A stretch of DNA of 63,591 bases, counting the filler, from an uncultured Planctomycetaceae bacterium (lineage in GTDB: Bacteria > Planctomycetota > Planctomycetia > Planctomycetales > Planctomycetaceae): assembly GCA_963976765.1 (NCBI GenBank). It is 3 parts of 3 records of this genome, joined end to end, with 100 filler letters (N's around TTAATTAATTAA, not from the genome) between each part and the next. Parts side by side here need not be neighbours in the genome. Positions count along the whole stretch, not along the records: positions 1 to 25,979 come from CAXBME010000054.1; positions 26,080 to 49,859 come from CAXBME010000055.1; 1 more part is not named here. One strand, 5' to 3'. Each line of letters begins with the position of its first letter. Within the stretch, counting starts at the first letter, position 1. Below, piece by piece: positions 20,179 to 30,457 of this stretch. A program made the position numbers and the translations under genes. The notes beneath the pieces are model-generated. The model was given only the letters and a program-made list of their open reading frames with translations, was not told the DNA's origin and searched no databases.

Positions 20179-20512
20179 AAATCACGCGAACGACAACCTG
20201 GCGAAAAGGGCTGGCGGAGCCTGCTGCCCGAGCGGTGGTCTTCGTCAGGAAACCCGGTCGATCATTCGACCGGGTTTCCGCCTGCGCGATCACCTGGAAC
20301 AGTCACTTGCTGTTGCTGAAAAGCTGTTCGACTTATAACCGGCTCAGATTTGGAGTTGAGGAATTCGCTGTTCAGTCCAACAACGGAATTGACGCCCCAA
20401 CGAAGTCTGGTGACCGATGCTTTCTCAAGAGTCATATTCAGAAATTACCAGGCCGACGACGATCGGAGACCCGTGGACACTGACGACACGCAATAGAGGC
20501 GCCGCGGCAGGG

Positions 20513-22741
20513 ATGCCACTTCTGGTGTTGGTGTTTCTCGCAGGAGCACTTTTCTGCGGATCGATCGAGGTGATCGCTGCCGGGAATCATGATCGGAACC
20601 CGTCGGAAAAGTCTCCGGGCATTCGAGCATTGTTGATTGGCGTCACCGCCTATCCCAGCCTTCCCTCAAAGTACCATTTGCGAGGACCATCCAATGATGT
20701 TGATCTCCTGGCGACATCATTACGTCAACGATTCGGAGTCCAGAACGAGCGCATTGTTCAACTTTGGGAAAGCCCGGACTCGGAACATCTTCCGACACGA
20801 ATGAATATCCAGCGAGAGTTTGTCCGACTGGCCGAAACGGCGAACTCTGGCGATCACGTCGTCATCTTCATGGCCGGACACGGAAGTCAGATGCCGAATT
20901 CTGACGAGTTGGATTTCGAAGCCGACGGATTGGACGAAGTCTTTCTTCCGAGAGATATCGGACGCTGGAATGGACGCGTGGGCCGTGTCGAAAATGCAAT
21001 CTCCGATGATGAGATTCACAACTGGATTGACAGCATTCGGAAAACAGGTGCGTTTGTATTTTTCGTCGGTGACTTCTGCCATTCCGGCACTAGCACGCGA
21101 GGAACAGGCCCTGTCTCGAGAGCTATCGAGCCCGCTCAGTTGGGGATTCCAACCACGTCGGTGGCGCGTGGCAGCCCTCAGAGAGGTGAAGCTACCGACA
21201 ATAGCTTGCTGGCAGAACTGGACTCAGCTGTCGTTGGTTCAAGTCGAGGCGATATGGTCGCTCTTTATGCCGCTGAGCCTCACGAGCTGGCCTATGAAGA
21301 CTCGATTCCGCGTGGTGGTGAGCGACATGGCTGGCTGTCGTGGGCGTTGAACCAGACTCTTAATGAATCCAACGGAACGCTGACTTATCGTCAACTCGCA
21401 GACCGCGTCAGTTGGCACTATCAATTGCAGCGCTGGACACGCTCGACACCGCTCATGGAAGGGACTGGCATTGATCACGAAGTATTCGGGCAAAAGAAAT
21501 GGCCGCAGCAGCTCAAAATTCTTTTGAGTAGAACATCTGGCTCACAGAATGATGAATCGGATTACCGGATCAACGCCGGACTCTTGCAAAGAATTACGCG
21601 AGGATCGATTCTGGAAGTACTGCCGCCTACTGTCAACCAGGCTTCAAATGAACCAGTCGGACACGTTCAGGTAGTGTCCGTTGAGGCCATGAGTGCGACA
21701 GTGGTGCCGACTAATTATCAGAACGAAAAGACGAGCAAGAAGTTGCCGACACCTGCTTCATGCAAACTGGTCTATTGCGAGCTTGGCGACAAACCGCTGC
21801 ACATTCGCGTTGATCTTTCTTCCGTCGCCGATCCACAGAGGCGAGAACGCTTGAGGCAGTCCACTGAAGATATACTCTCCAAAACGGCGAAAAGCGTTCG
21901 GGTTCCGATCACCCTCGAAGATTTCGTTGAGTCCGCCGATTTCGTTCTCCGTGTGAGTAGCGACGGCGCAAGTATCGAGATCATTCGTCCGTCAACTGAC
22001 AGCAACAGAGAAGAAGCAGTTTCCAGCAGAAAGACAGCCGAACCTTTACCCGGTATCAGCCTCGGAAAGCACGTGCTGTCCCAGGCACCTGAAGAGTGGT
22101 TGAAAGAGCGACTGAATCAGATTTACCGAGCAGAGACATTACGCCGTCTGGCAACACCAATGGGCTCTTCAGCAGACTCGGGAGTACGTCTCAGCACTGA
22201 GATCGTCATTCGCTCCGCACGAGACATTCAAGGCAAACTGGAAAATGATCCGAACCTGTCGCCCAGAAAAATCGGCCAGCCTACGACAGTTTCCGCCGGC
22301 GATGAACCGAGAATCACGATCCGAAATGGTGGCTTCTCGCCTGTTGACATTACCGCTCTGTATATTGCAGCCGATCTAAGCATCACCGTTCTGTACCCCG
22401 ATGGCATCCAATACAACCGTTGCCTGCCTGGCCGTCAAATTACTATCGGAGGTTGGCGCATCAACAATGCCACCCTTGGGTGGGAGGATGTCATCATCGT
22501 CGCAGTCCGTTCAGATCGCGGCCCGATTCCTCACAACTTCGGATTTCTGGCAGATCCCGTGCTGGCATCAGTGAGCCGAAATGTTCGAGCCTCCGGGGGC
22601 GACGCCTTCTGGAACTCACCAATCATTCGGCTCTGTCGCTCCACAATGTACCGGGAGCGAGGGCTTGTCCGTGGAATTTCTACGAGTGACAGCCGTAATC
22701 TGGCAGTTCATCGCCTTTCGTGGAAAGTGGTCCCTCAGTAG
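20513..22741 (+). CDS. Peptidase C14 caspase-like (ortho/metacaspase) protease with N-terminal signal/TM segment and C-terminal DUF4384-like domain
   Basis: ALLIGVTAY, LRGPSNDV, FMAGHGSQ (His), DGLDE, GDFCHSG (Cys), HGWLSWAL; likely start MPLLVLVFLAGALFC (ORF track starts at 20417). Confidence 0.92.
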   Translation: MPLLVLVFLAGALFCGSIEVIAAGNHDRNPSEKSPGIRALLIGVTAYPSLPSKYHLRGPSNDVDLLATSLRQRFGVQNERIVQLWESPDSEHLPTRMNIQREFVRLAETANSGDHVVIFMAGHGSQMPNSDELDFEADGLDEVFLPRDIGRWNGRVGRVENAISDDEIHNWIDSIRKTGAFVFFVGDFCHSGTSTRGTGPVSRAIEPAQLGIPTTSVARGSPQRGEATDNSLLAELDSAVVGSSRGDMVALYAAEPHELAYEDSIPRGGERHGWLSWALNQTLNESNGTLTYRQLADRVSWHYQLQRWTRSTPLMEGTGIDHEVFGQKKWPQQLKILLSRTSGSQNDESDYRINAGLLQRITRGSILEVLPPTVNQASNEPVGHVQVVSVEAMSATVVPTNYQNEKTSKKLPTPASCKLVYCELGDKPLHIRVDLSSVADPQRRERLRQSTEDILSKTAKSVRVPITLEDFVESADFVLRVSSDGASIEIIRPSTDSNREEAVSSRKTAEPLPGISLGKHVLSQAPEEWLKERLNQIYRAETLRRLATPMGSSADSGVRLSTEIVIRSARDIQGKLENDPNLSPRKIGQPTTVSAGDEPRITIRNGGFSPVDITALYIAADLSITVLYPDGIQYNRCLPGRQITIGGWRINNATLGWEDVIIVAVRSDRGPIPHNFGFLADPVLASVSRNVRASGGDAFWNSPIIRLCRSTMYRERGLVRGISTSDSRNLAVHRLSWKVVPQ

Positions 22742-22907
22742 TGAGTGCCTGTGGGGATTTGGGGACGAGTGCCGTTGGCAGAGTTGTGCGTCATCGAACG
22801 CACAGGATACGATCGAACTTCATCGATCTTCATTAGATTGGGCCAACGGGATTACTTCATCCCGACCGTTCAGCATGATCAATATTCAGCCTTGAGGCGT
22901 TGAGCAG

Positions 22908-23981
22908 ATGACGCATTCTGATAGCCAAACGTCAGAGCTGTCTGACGAGGAGTTTGCCAGCCAGCTCTGCGACGGCGATTCTTCAATGGTTCTCGCGTTT
23001 GCGAAGCGCTTTGCGACTCTGCTGACGACATCCTGGACCGAATTCAAAACCAGAGTTACCGGCTGCGCACTGCCGCAGGTTGATCTGAACACTCATCTTA
23101 GCAAGACCGCCGGACGTGGCTACATGCGATATTGTGTGCAGCAGGATCTCGATATCGATTTTGCTGGCTACCTGTCGGCTCTGGAACTCAGTGGGCTTAC
23201 AGTGACCGGTGCATGCATCGAGAATGACGAGGCCACAATTCGGCACCTTGACGAAACTGTACAGCAACGGGTGGTCCCAACACTGGTCAATCTATGGCGT
23301 TCGGGGACGTTACGTGGCGTATCGAGGACAACCGTTGAAGATATCGGCAGCATGCTGCCCGGATATCTGTGGATGAGGACGAAGAGCGGAGAGGCAAAAC
23401 TGGCAACCTACATGGGACGGTGTCGGCTGACTTCCTGGCTGACCGGAATTGCTCGTAACGCCATCGTGGACGAGGCTCGCAAGCAACAGAAAATTGTCAA
23501 TTTTGCCAGCACTGACGAAAGCGAAGAGCGAGACCTCGCTCAGACGGTGCCTGGTCCGGATGTGAATGACAATCTGCTGGAACGTCAGGAACTGGTGGAC
23601 AAGTATCGTCAACCGATACTGGACGCCTTACTGAGCATCGAGTCGACTCTAACGACCCGTCAGAAAGCGGTCTTTCACGGACGGTTTCAGGCAGGGATAC
23701 CGGCGAATGAACTGGCTGACTGTCTGAAGATCTCCAGACCGCGGATCAGTCAACTCACGGCAGCGATTCAACAGCAAATTGAACTTGCCGTTCGTAAACA
23801 GGTCGACCTGCTGGCCGATGATCTGGGAATATCTCCGCATGCAGTCTTAGGTTGCCTGCAGGATCTGCAATCGTTTCTTCAGTCTTGCTGTGACGACGAG
23901 GGGCCTGAATCATCGAAAAACAACATCACAGGACCGCTGGACGATCTGATTCGCGAATACCGTGATCGCGATTCGAATTAG
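22908..23981 (+). CDS. ECF-like sigma-70 factor with N- and C-terminal extensions (resembles the myxobacterial Sig-70_gmx1 type)
   Basis: Region 2 KLATYMGRCRLTSWLTGIARNAIVDEARK; region 4 LTTRQKAVFHGRFQAGIPANELADCLKISRPRISQL. Confidence 0.85.
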   Translation: MTHSDSQTSELSDEEFASQLCDGDSSMVLAFAKRFATLLTTSWTEFKTRVTGCALPQVDLNTHLSKTAGRGYMRYCVQQDLDIDFAGYLSALELSGLTVTGACIENDEATIRHLDETVQQRVVPTLVNLWRSGTLRGVSRTTVEDIGSMLPGYLWMRTKSGEAKLATYMGRCRLTSWLTGIARNAIVDEARKQQKIVNFASTDESEERDLAQTVPGPDVNDNLLERQELVDKYRQPILDALLSIESTLTTRQKAVFHGRFQAGIPANELADCLKISRPRISQLTAAIQQQIELAVRKQVDLLADDLGISPHAVLGCLQDLQSFLQSCCDDEGPESSKNNITGPLDDLIREYRDRDSN

Positions 23982-24350
23982 ATTCTGCAAAAAAGTGAAA
24001 ACCTACTGAGCATGTATCGGCTTTTTAAGCCCGGTCGATGCTCTGCGGTAATGATGGTGGTTCAGCTTGGTGGGCGGATAATCAGACGAGTATTAAACTG
24101 TCAGAATTGACACGGCAGGAGAATTGTGAGAATTCAGCAGATCGATTGGTTTCAGGATGAGCCCCGTTTGGAGTTGAACAGCAATTTGCGACTTCACTCG
24201 ACTATTTCTGATCGTCGAACAGAGGGCACATCGATCCACGGTCGATTCCTCGAAAGTATTGAATCCTGAAGAAGTCTTCCACTCGACATAGATCTGTCTG
24301 AATTTTGCCTCGGGACAATCTTCGTGAGCTAGCTGAAAGCTGCTTTAATT

Positions 24351-25478
24351 ATGAGTCAGCCTGACCAGAACAAACCTGACAATGTCCCGGCGAATTCTAT
24401 CGCACGGGCGCTTGCACAGAACTGGAACGAACAGGTCAACAACGACCTGGACGACATTGATCTGGAATTGCTTGCCGCCTATGCCGAAGGGCGGCTAAGC
24501 GAGAACGAACAGAACGTCGTTGAAGAACTGGTGGCGAACAGCCCGGCTGCTCTCGAGACGCTGCTTTTTTTTCATCGAGCCCTGAATATCGAACAGGGCA
24601 CACCGACAAATAAAGAATTATCGGTTGGAAATCATGACGCGGCGGACGTCGAAAAGTTTCCCGCAGGTACAACTCAACCTGCAACACCTGCTGAAAACGC
24701 TCGGTCGGGCCGCGGCTCCAATCGTCGCCCAAATGCCGTGACAGTAGCCGCGTTGATGCTGGCGGCAGGCGCGTCTTTCTGGGCTTACCGAACGAGCCGC
24801 GATGCTCGACAGGTCGATATTAACAATCAATCGCTCCTCGCTCAGCTCGATTCTCAGACTTTCGATCTTGCTCTGGCTCGGAAGGAGCAGGTCTACGCAG
24901 CAGCTGGCGGAAGTTTTCGTTCGTTTCCTGCGGGAACGATCAGCCCTCGACTGGTTCAGCTGGCTATGCTCGATCGAGGGCCAGTTGCTCGAGGCGGCGC
25001 TCCAGTAGAAGGTGAACAGGAATTGCAGCAATCGACGGTAACAGCTGCAGAGGCGGCGATACGCGAAGTCTCTCCGTTGCGTCCGGGCTTAAACAGTCGT
25101 TGGCAAACAGGCATCGAACGAGCCGCGATTGAAATTGCCGGTGGAAATCTTGAGAAGGCATTGACGCTGATCGATGACGCTGAGCAGGAATACGGTTCCG
25201 AAAGCCCTGAGGTATTGAATCTCCGTGCATTGTATTTGCTGGCACAGGCAGACAATGGTGAGGACACCGTCGAACAGGCTGCCGAGCAATTCAGGAAACT
25301 AACGGAGCGCCATCCCACGTTCGCGCTGGGATGGTTCAATTATGCGTTGCTCGTTTCTCGTATCCAGGGCCTGGAAGCGAGCCTGTCATTGTGGGATTCT
25401 TATCTCCAGGCAGAGACTTCGACAGATTTGCGAAAGGCTGTTCAGTTGCAATTGGACTTAGCGAGGAGTCGCCGATAA
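24351..25478 (+). CDS. Anti-sigma-like membrane protein (degenerate zf-HC2 domain, TM, C-terminal TPR)
   Basis: ELLAAYAEGRLSENEQNVVEELVANSPAA matches the zf-HC2 anti-sigma pattern without Zn ligands; TM VTVAALMLAAGASFWAY; FALGWFNYALL is TPR-like; the gene follows the sigma gene. Confidence 0.75.
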   Translation: MSQPDQNKPDNVPANSIARALAQNWNEQVNNDLDDIDLELLAAYAEGRLSENEQNVVEELVANSPAALETLLFFHRALNIEQGTPTNKELSVGNHDAADVEKFPAGTTQPATPAENARSGRGSNRRPNAVTVAALMLAAGASFWAYRTSRDARQVDINNQSLLAQLDSQTFDLALARKEQVYAAAGGSFRSFPAGTISPRLVQLAMLDRGPVARGGAPVEGEQELQQSTVTAAEAAIREVSPLRPGLNSRWQTGIERAAIEIAGGNLEKALTLIDDAEQEYGSESPEVLNLRALYLLAQADNGEDTVEQAAEQFRKLTERHPTFALGWFNYALLVSRIQGLEASLSLWDSYLQAETSTDLRKAVQLQLDLARSRR

Positions 25479-25979
25479 CGGCTTCCGACGAAGTGGCAGC
25501 AGGTGCCTTCGATCCAGTCACCAACCGCAGGTTACTCAGCTGGCGATGACCTGGCTTTCACGCAGGCAATCGTGGTACCGCGCTCGGTCTCGGTTATTCG
25601 GGAAGTACGCGTAACGCCAGCCCCTCGTCCACCAAAGCTCGCTGAATCTTCCGCTTGCGGCGAACGGCGTAGAGCGGTATCGCTCAGTAGCACAAACCAT
25701 GAACCTGCAGGTCGCCGCGGCAATTCCAAATGCCGCTCCCAGCGAGGTTTCTATCAAATCGACTGAGCGGTCGCTGACAATCAGTCAACCTGTAAGACAT
25801 ACGAACGCATTACCCGAACGGTCAGGAGATGCTTCGACATTAATTGCCGTGATGTCAATTGGAACCGTTGATCAACATCATGATTAACCTGACGCCGAAG
25901 AGGTCCTTGTAGACTGTCGGTCGTGGAAGATGTCCCGCTGGTTGTTGAAGGTTGAAAATCCGGTGGCGGCTCCTTTGCC

Positions 25980-26079
25980 NNNNNNNNNNNNNNNNNNNNN
26001 NNNNNNNNNNNNNNNNNNNNNNNTTAATTAATTAANNNNNNNNNNNNNNNNNNNNNNNNNNNNNNNNNNNNNNNNNNNN
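25980..26079. other. Artificial contig-joining spacer
   Basis: 44 N + TTAATTAATTAA (stops in all six frames) + 44 N. Confidence 0.98.
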
Positions 26080-26084
26080 TGAAT

Positions 26085-26133
26085 CTATCAACCCGCCGTC
26101 ACCGGAACTTTCTACACGGCGTGGGACAATATC
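26085..26133. mobile_element. Terminal fragment of an IS (IS256-like end) at the contig edge
   Basis: Exact reverse complement of 49811-49859. The end GATATTGTCCCACGCCGTGTAGAAAGT resembles IS256-family inverted repeats as recalled (GATAAAGTCC...GTGTAAAAGT). Confidence 0.7.
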
Positions 26134-26458
26134 CCGGCCTCCCGCCGGAGGACTTTGCCCCGGCACGCCAGTTATTTGTCTGACGCGATGCGGATGTCTG
26201 CCAAACTTAGCAGACACTCGAAAAGTCTCACCGCAATTCATGTGGCAGTCTTTGTGTGAATCGCCACATCTGCCTGTTCGGAATGTGTGGCAGAGAGCCC
26301 CGAAGCCTACGCCCGATTGACCACGCGGTTTGCAATACATGCACCGGTGTCACGGGCGCAGGCGGGGCAGCACCTTTTCTTTTTCCTCTTCTCCGGCTTC
26401 CGAAGTCCGGCCCTTGCGAAAGGTCCAATGGCTTCGGAACCGTTTTAAAGGAGCAGGC

Positions 26459-27028
26459 ATGCGCAACACTTTTCTGATGACTGCCGTCTGGTCGGCGCTG
26501 GTCTGCCTGGGGTTGGTCATTGTTTGGGATTACGAAGCCCGACCTGGTGAGCACGTGGAGACGTCGGCAGTGCGGCCGGAATCGCTCGAAACGTACGGGC
26601 GAGAATTCGATTTCCTCGTGTTTCTGCACCCGCACTGCCCCTGCTCAATGGCAACAGTTCGCGAACTGAGCCACATCGTGGCGGGAAGCCACTCCGAAAA
26701 ATTGTCAGTACGAGTTCTTGCCTACCAGCCGACAAGCTCAAATGGTGGCTGGCGATCGTCGCGACTACTGGAATCCGCTCGAAAGATTCCCGGTGTCAGC
26801 GTCGAGATGGATGACGACGCAAGGGTGGCTATCTCGCTGGGCGTTCGGACGTCTGGACACGTCATTCTATTCAGTAAAGACGGCAATTCTCTCTACTCAG
26901 GTGGCATCACAGTCTCTCGTGGCCACGAAGGTACTAATCACGGCCGTCAGGCTGTCGAATCAATTCTCGCTGGCGCGCACAGTGATTCCGTCAAAACCAT
27001 TCCGGCATTCGGTTGCCGCATTCAATAA
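26459..27028 (+). CDS. RedB-like thioredoxin-fold membrane-anchored protein
   Basis: AAGGAG RBS; N-terminal TM; FLHPHCPCS...TSGHVILF...YSGGIT.SRGHEG...PAFGC; sits directly upstream of a RedC-like kinase. Confidence 0.7.
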   Translation: MRNTFLMTAVWSALVCLGLVIVWDYEARPGEHVETSAVRPESLETYGREFDFLVFLHPHCPCSMATVRELSHIVAGSHSEKLSVRVLAYQPTSSNGGWRSSRLLESARKIPGVSVEMDDDARVAISLGVRTSGHVILFSKDGNSLYSGGITVSRGHEGTNHGRQAVESILAGAHSDSVKTIPAFGCRIQ

Positions 27029-27041
27029 CGGAAAACGGACC

Positions 27042-29321
27042 ATGACCTGCAATCAGAATGCGTCCGAATCGGAGGTGATTCGACTTGGACTCCGCACAAC
27101 GCAACTCTTTAGTGCGCGTTTTGAAGCTCACCAGCAACGCACCGATCGAATTTTTCGAGTCCTGCTGATCGTAGAATGGATCGCCGGGATACTAGCCGCC
27201 GTTTGGCTGACTCCCGAGACATGGGACGGCGACGCCAGCCGGACTCATCTACATGTGTGGTCGGCGATTGTGCTGGGCGGACTGATTACGTGCTTTCCGG
27301 TGTTTCTCAGCTACAGGTGCCCAGGGGAGACCGTCACCCGGCATATTATTGCTGCGTCACAGGTGTTGTGGTCGGCTTTGTTAATTCACCTGACGGGCGG
27401 GCGGATCGAAACTCATTTTCATGTGTTCGGTTCACTTGCCTTTATTGCCTTTTATCGAGACTGGCGGGTGTTGCTGTCAGCAACTCTTGTGGTCGCCTTC
27501 GATCATGCTTTCCGTGGAGTCTATTTTCCGCGTTCCATTTACGGCCTCCTTACAGGTGGGGAATGGCGATTCCTTGAGCACGCAGGCTGGGTCGTTTTCT
27601 GTGACTTCTTTCTGCTGATTTCCATTCGACACGGCATTCGTGAAATGTGGATGGTTGCTGGCAATTACACGGAACTCGAAAAACAGCATGTTGATGCGTC
27701 AAAGGAAGTCCGTCTGAAATCGGAATCACTCCGCACCACTCGTGAATCGCTGGAACTGAATCGGCAGCGACTGGAAATGGCCATTCGCGGGACGTCTGAC
27801 GGTCTGTGGGATTGGAATATCGAGACGGACGAAGTCTGGTATTCGCCACGATTCCTGGAACTGCTGGGTTATTGTGAAGATGAAATCGAATTCAAGTTCG
27901 ATGAATGGGTACGCCGCCTTCATCCGGACGACAAGAGTGACACACTTGCGGCTGTTAAACGGCATCTGGAAGAGGACGATCCGTTCGACGTGCAGTATCG
28001 GCTGAAAACGAAGAGTGGAGACTGGAAATGGTTTCGTGCTCGCGGTGCGTGTGTTCGGAACGAAGAAGGCTGGCCCGTTCGCATGGCGGGGGCGCTGCAG
28101 GATATTTCTGACCACAGACTTCAGTCCGATCAACTCGCTGAGCAGGACGCTAAGCTTCAGCAGAAGCAGAAGCTGGAAGCGGTTGGTTCGCTGGCGGGAG
28201 GAGTAGCGCACGAATTCAACAATCTGCTGCAGGCGATTCAGGGGTACATGCGATTCGCTCAGGAAGGTCTGGACGAATCGGAGCAGCGTTATCAGGATCT
28301 GGTTCAGGCACTGAAAGCTGCCGATCGCGCGGCAACTCTGACCAGTCAATTGTTGTGCTTCAGTCGTGCCGATCATTACGAAGCTCAACCGGTTGAACCC
28401 GACATGCTGCTGGACGACCTGTCCAAGCTCCTGAAGCCGGTAATCGGAGAGCGCATCTCCGTCGCGATTACCACGAAACCGGACACTCCAGCAGTTCTGG
28501 CCGACCCGGCCGGGTTGCAGCAGGTGCTTCTTAATCTTTGTGTGAACGCTCGAGACGCGATGCCGGACGGCGGACAACTGGTTGTCAAAGCCGAGGCGGC
28601 GAATCTGTCGGATGGTTACTGCAAACTACACGGTGTCGATCGACCGGGAAAGTACGTTCGCTTCACTGTGTCAGACACGGGGACTGGGATGTCTCCGGAA
28701 CAGGCGGAACGTATTTTTGAGCCGTTCTTTACCACTAAAGAAGTTGGTAAAGGAACCGGCTTGGGACTGGCAATGGTGCACGGATTTGTTGAGCGACATA
28801 AAGGTCTCATCAACGTCTACAGCGAACCAGGAGAAGGCACGACGTTCCGGGTCTACATCCCGTTGGCTGACGAGTGCAGCATGATCACACCCAGCGACGA
28901 ACCACAGGTTACCACGGGTGGAGACGAATTACTTCTCGTTGCAGAAGACGAGCCCATGGTTCGCGCTGTCGCCGAGCGAATTCTTAAGAACGCGGGATAT
29001 CGAGTGTTGACGGCTGTCGATGGACGGGAAGCTGTCAAGTTATTCGTTGAACATCAGGACCAAATCTCGCTCACGCTGCTGGACGTTGTCATGCCCAACT
29101 TGACCGGACGGCAGGCTTACGAAGCGATTCGCGAGATCGACGCGGACGCTCGCGCCATCTTCTGCACCGGCTACGACCCGGAAACCTCTCAGGCGGCATC
29201 GTTCCAGCAGGACAGCCTCATGCTTGTCCAGAAACCGTACGACCCTGATGAACTGCTGCGAGCCGTGCGGCAGTTAATCGACGAGCATACTCAATCGGAG
29301 ACAGTGTCATGTACTCATTAA
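27042..29321 (+). CDS. Hybrid sensor histidine kinase (multi-TM RedC-like sensor, PAS, HisKA, HATPase, REC)
   Basis: [18 protein letters not shown] sensor; DGLWDWN...[44 protein letters not shown] receiver. Confidence 0.93.
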   Translation: MTCNQNASESEVIRLGLRTTQLFSARFEAHQQRTDRIFRVLLIVEWIAGILAAVWLTPETWDGDASRTHLHVWSAIVLGGLITCFPVFLSYRCPGETVTRHIIAASQVLWSALLIHLTGGRIETHFHVFGSLAFIAFYRDWRVLLSATLVVAFDHAFRGVYFPRSIYGLLTGGEWRFLEHAGWVVFCDFFLLISIRHGIREMWMVAGNYTELEKQHVDASKEVRLKSESLRTTRESLELNRQRLEMAIRGTSDGLWDWNIETDEVWYSPRFLELLGYCEDEIEFKFDEWVRRLHPDDKSDTLAAVKRHLEEDDPFDVQYRLKTKSGDWKWFRARGACVRNEEGWPVRMAGALQDISDHRLQSDQLAEQDAKLQQKQKLEAVGSLAGGVAHEFNNLLQAIQGYMRFAQEGLDESEQRYQDLVQALKAADRAATLTSQLLCFSRADHYEAQPVEPDMLLDDLSKLLKPVIGERISVAITTKPDTPAVLADPAGLQQVLLNLCVNARDAMPDGGQLVVKAEAANLSDGYCKLHGVDRPGKYVRFTVSDTGTGMSPEQAERIFEPFFTTKEVGKGTGLGLAMVHGFVERHKGLINVYSEPGEGTTFRVYIPLADECSMITPSDEPQVTTGGDELLLVAEDEPMVRAVAERILKNAGYRVLTAVDGREAVKLFVEHQDQISLTLLDVVMPNLTGRQAYEAIREIDADARAIFCTGYDPETSQAASFQQDSLMLVQKPYDPDELLRAVRQLIDEHTQSETVSCTH

Positions 29322-30457
29322 CCGACCAGCATGATCCACCGACCATCCTGATCGTGGATGATGAACCACTCGTTCGAGCCACAATCGTGCGAGGCCTTCG
29401 AAGCCGTGGGTATCAGTGTCTTGAGGCGGGCAGCGTCAGCCTTGCCCTGGATGAAGTCGCGAAACAGACACCCGACGCTGTTGTGACCGACATCCGCATG
29501 CCTGGGGCAACGGGGTTGGACCTGCTGCTGAAGCTCCAGGAGCGATGCCCGGATACGCAGATGCTGATGCTTACCGGATTCAGTTCGGTCGATACTGCGA
29601 TTGCGGCTTTGACTCATGGTGCGTTCGGCTACTTGACCAAGCCGATCGATTCAGAAGCTCTGCACCAGCAACTGCAGCGGGCTCTTCAGCATCGGCGCAT
29701 GCTGATTGAGCGGCGTGAGTACACACAACTGCTCGAAAAAACCGTCGCCGCAAGAACGCGAGAGCTGAAAGACACTCATGAGGAAATGACGGTACGGCTG
29801 GTTCGGGCATGCTGCTTTCGCGACCAGGAAACTGGAGCTCATATCCGCCGTGTGGGGCTGCTCAGTGGAGCTTTGGCGAGAGTGTGTGGCTGGACTAATG
29901 AGTTGTGCGAACGCATTGAAATGGCCGCCCCGCTTCACGACATCGGCAAGACGGCGATCCCGGACGAAATTCTGTGCAAACCAGGACGGTTCACTGAGCA
30001 GGAGTTCGACATCATGAAGCATCACACGTCGATGGGAGCCCGTCTGCTCGACGGCGCACGATCGCCGGTACTGGCCATGGCTCGTGAGATCGCACTCGCT
30101 CATCACGAACGCTGGGACGGGGCCGGATACCCGCACGGACTTGCCGGTCAGGCAATCCCGGAATCGGCGAGGATTGTCGCAGTCGCCGATGTGTATGACG
30201 CCCTTTCGCACGACCGGGTCTACCGGCCAGCGTTCTCTCAAGGACGGGTGCTCGAAATGTTGATCGCCGGACGAGGTACCCAGTTCGACCCTGCCATTCT
30301 GGATCGATTCCTGAGCAACCTTTCCGACATGGAGAAAATCACGATGGAAAACATGGATCATTCCGACGTGACCTACTCACACCTGATGCCAGACGACAAG
30401 CCATCACTGAATCGAATCTTCCAACGCGAACCTGAGTTATGTGGAGCCACCACATGA
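29309..30457 (+). CDS. RpfG-family response regulator, REC + HD-GYP c-di-GMP phosphodiesterase
   Basis: IVDDE, TDIRMP, YLTKP; ETGAHIRR, LHDIGK, HHERWDGAGYP, ADVYDAL. Confidence 0.93.
   Translation: MYSLTDQHDPPTILIVDDEPLVRATIVRGLRSRGYQCLEAGSVSLALDEVAKQTPDAVVTDIRMPGATGLDLLLKLQERCPDTQMLMLTGFSSVDTAIAALTHGAFGYLTKPIDSEALHQQLQRALQHRRMLIERREYTQLLEKTVAARTRELKDTHEEMTVRLVRACCFRDQETGAHIRRVGLLSGALARVCGWTNELCERIEMAAPLHDIGKTAIPDEILCKPGRFTEQEFDIMKHHTSMGARLLDGARSPVLAMAREIALAHHERWDGAGYPHGLAGQAIPESARIVAVADVYDALSHDRVYRPAFSQGRVLEMLIAGRGTQFDPAILDRFLSNLSDMEKITMENMDHSDVTYSHLMPDDKPSLNRIFQREPELCGATT

Noticed and set aside
25479..25925. Short ORFs after the anti-sigma gene (also in 36578-37010 and 47601-48074)
   Set aside because: No recognisable motif or consistent frame; left unannotated.
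26024..26035. TTAATTAATTAA palindrome (also at 49904-49915)
   Set aside because: It is centred in N runs and is an artificial six-frame-stop linker, not biology.
25979..26080. Functional link between the caspase locus and the two-component/RTX or satellite region
   Set aside because: They are on separate contigs joined artificially, so adjacency is not evidence.
26330..27041. Long N-terminal extensions called for RedB (26330) and the kinase (26718)
   Set aside because: Starts at 26459 and 27042 remove a 300-nt overlap and fit the RBS and operon spacing.
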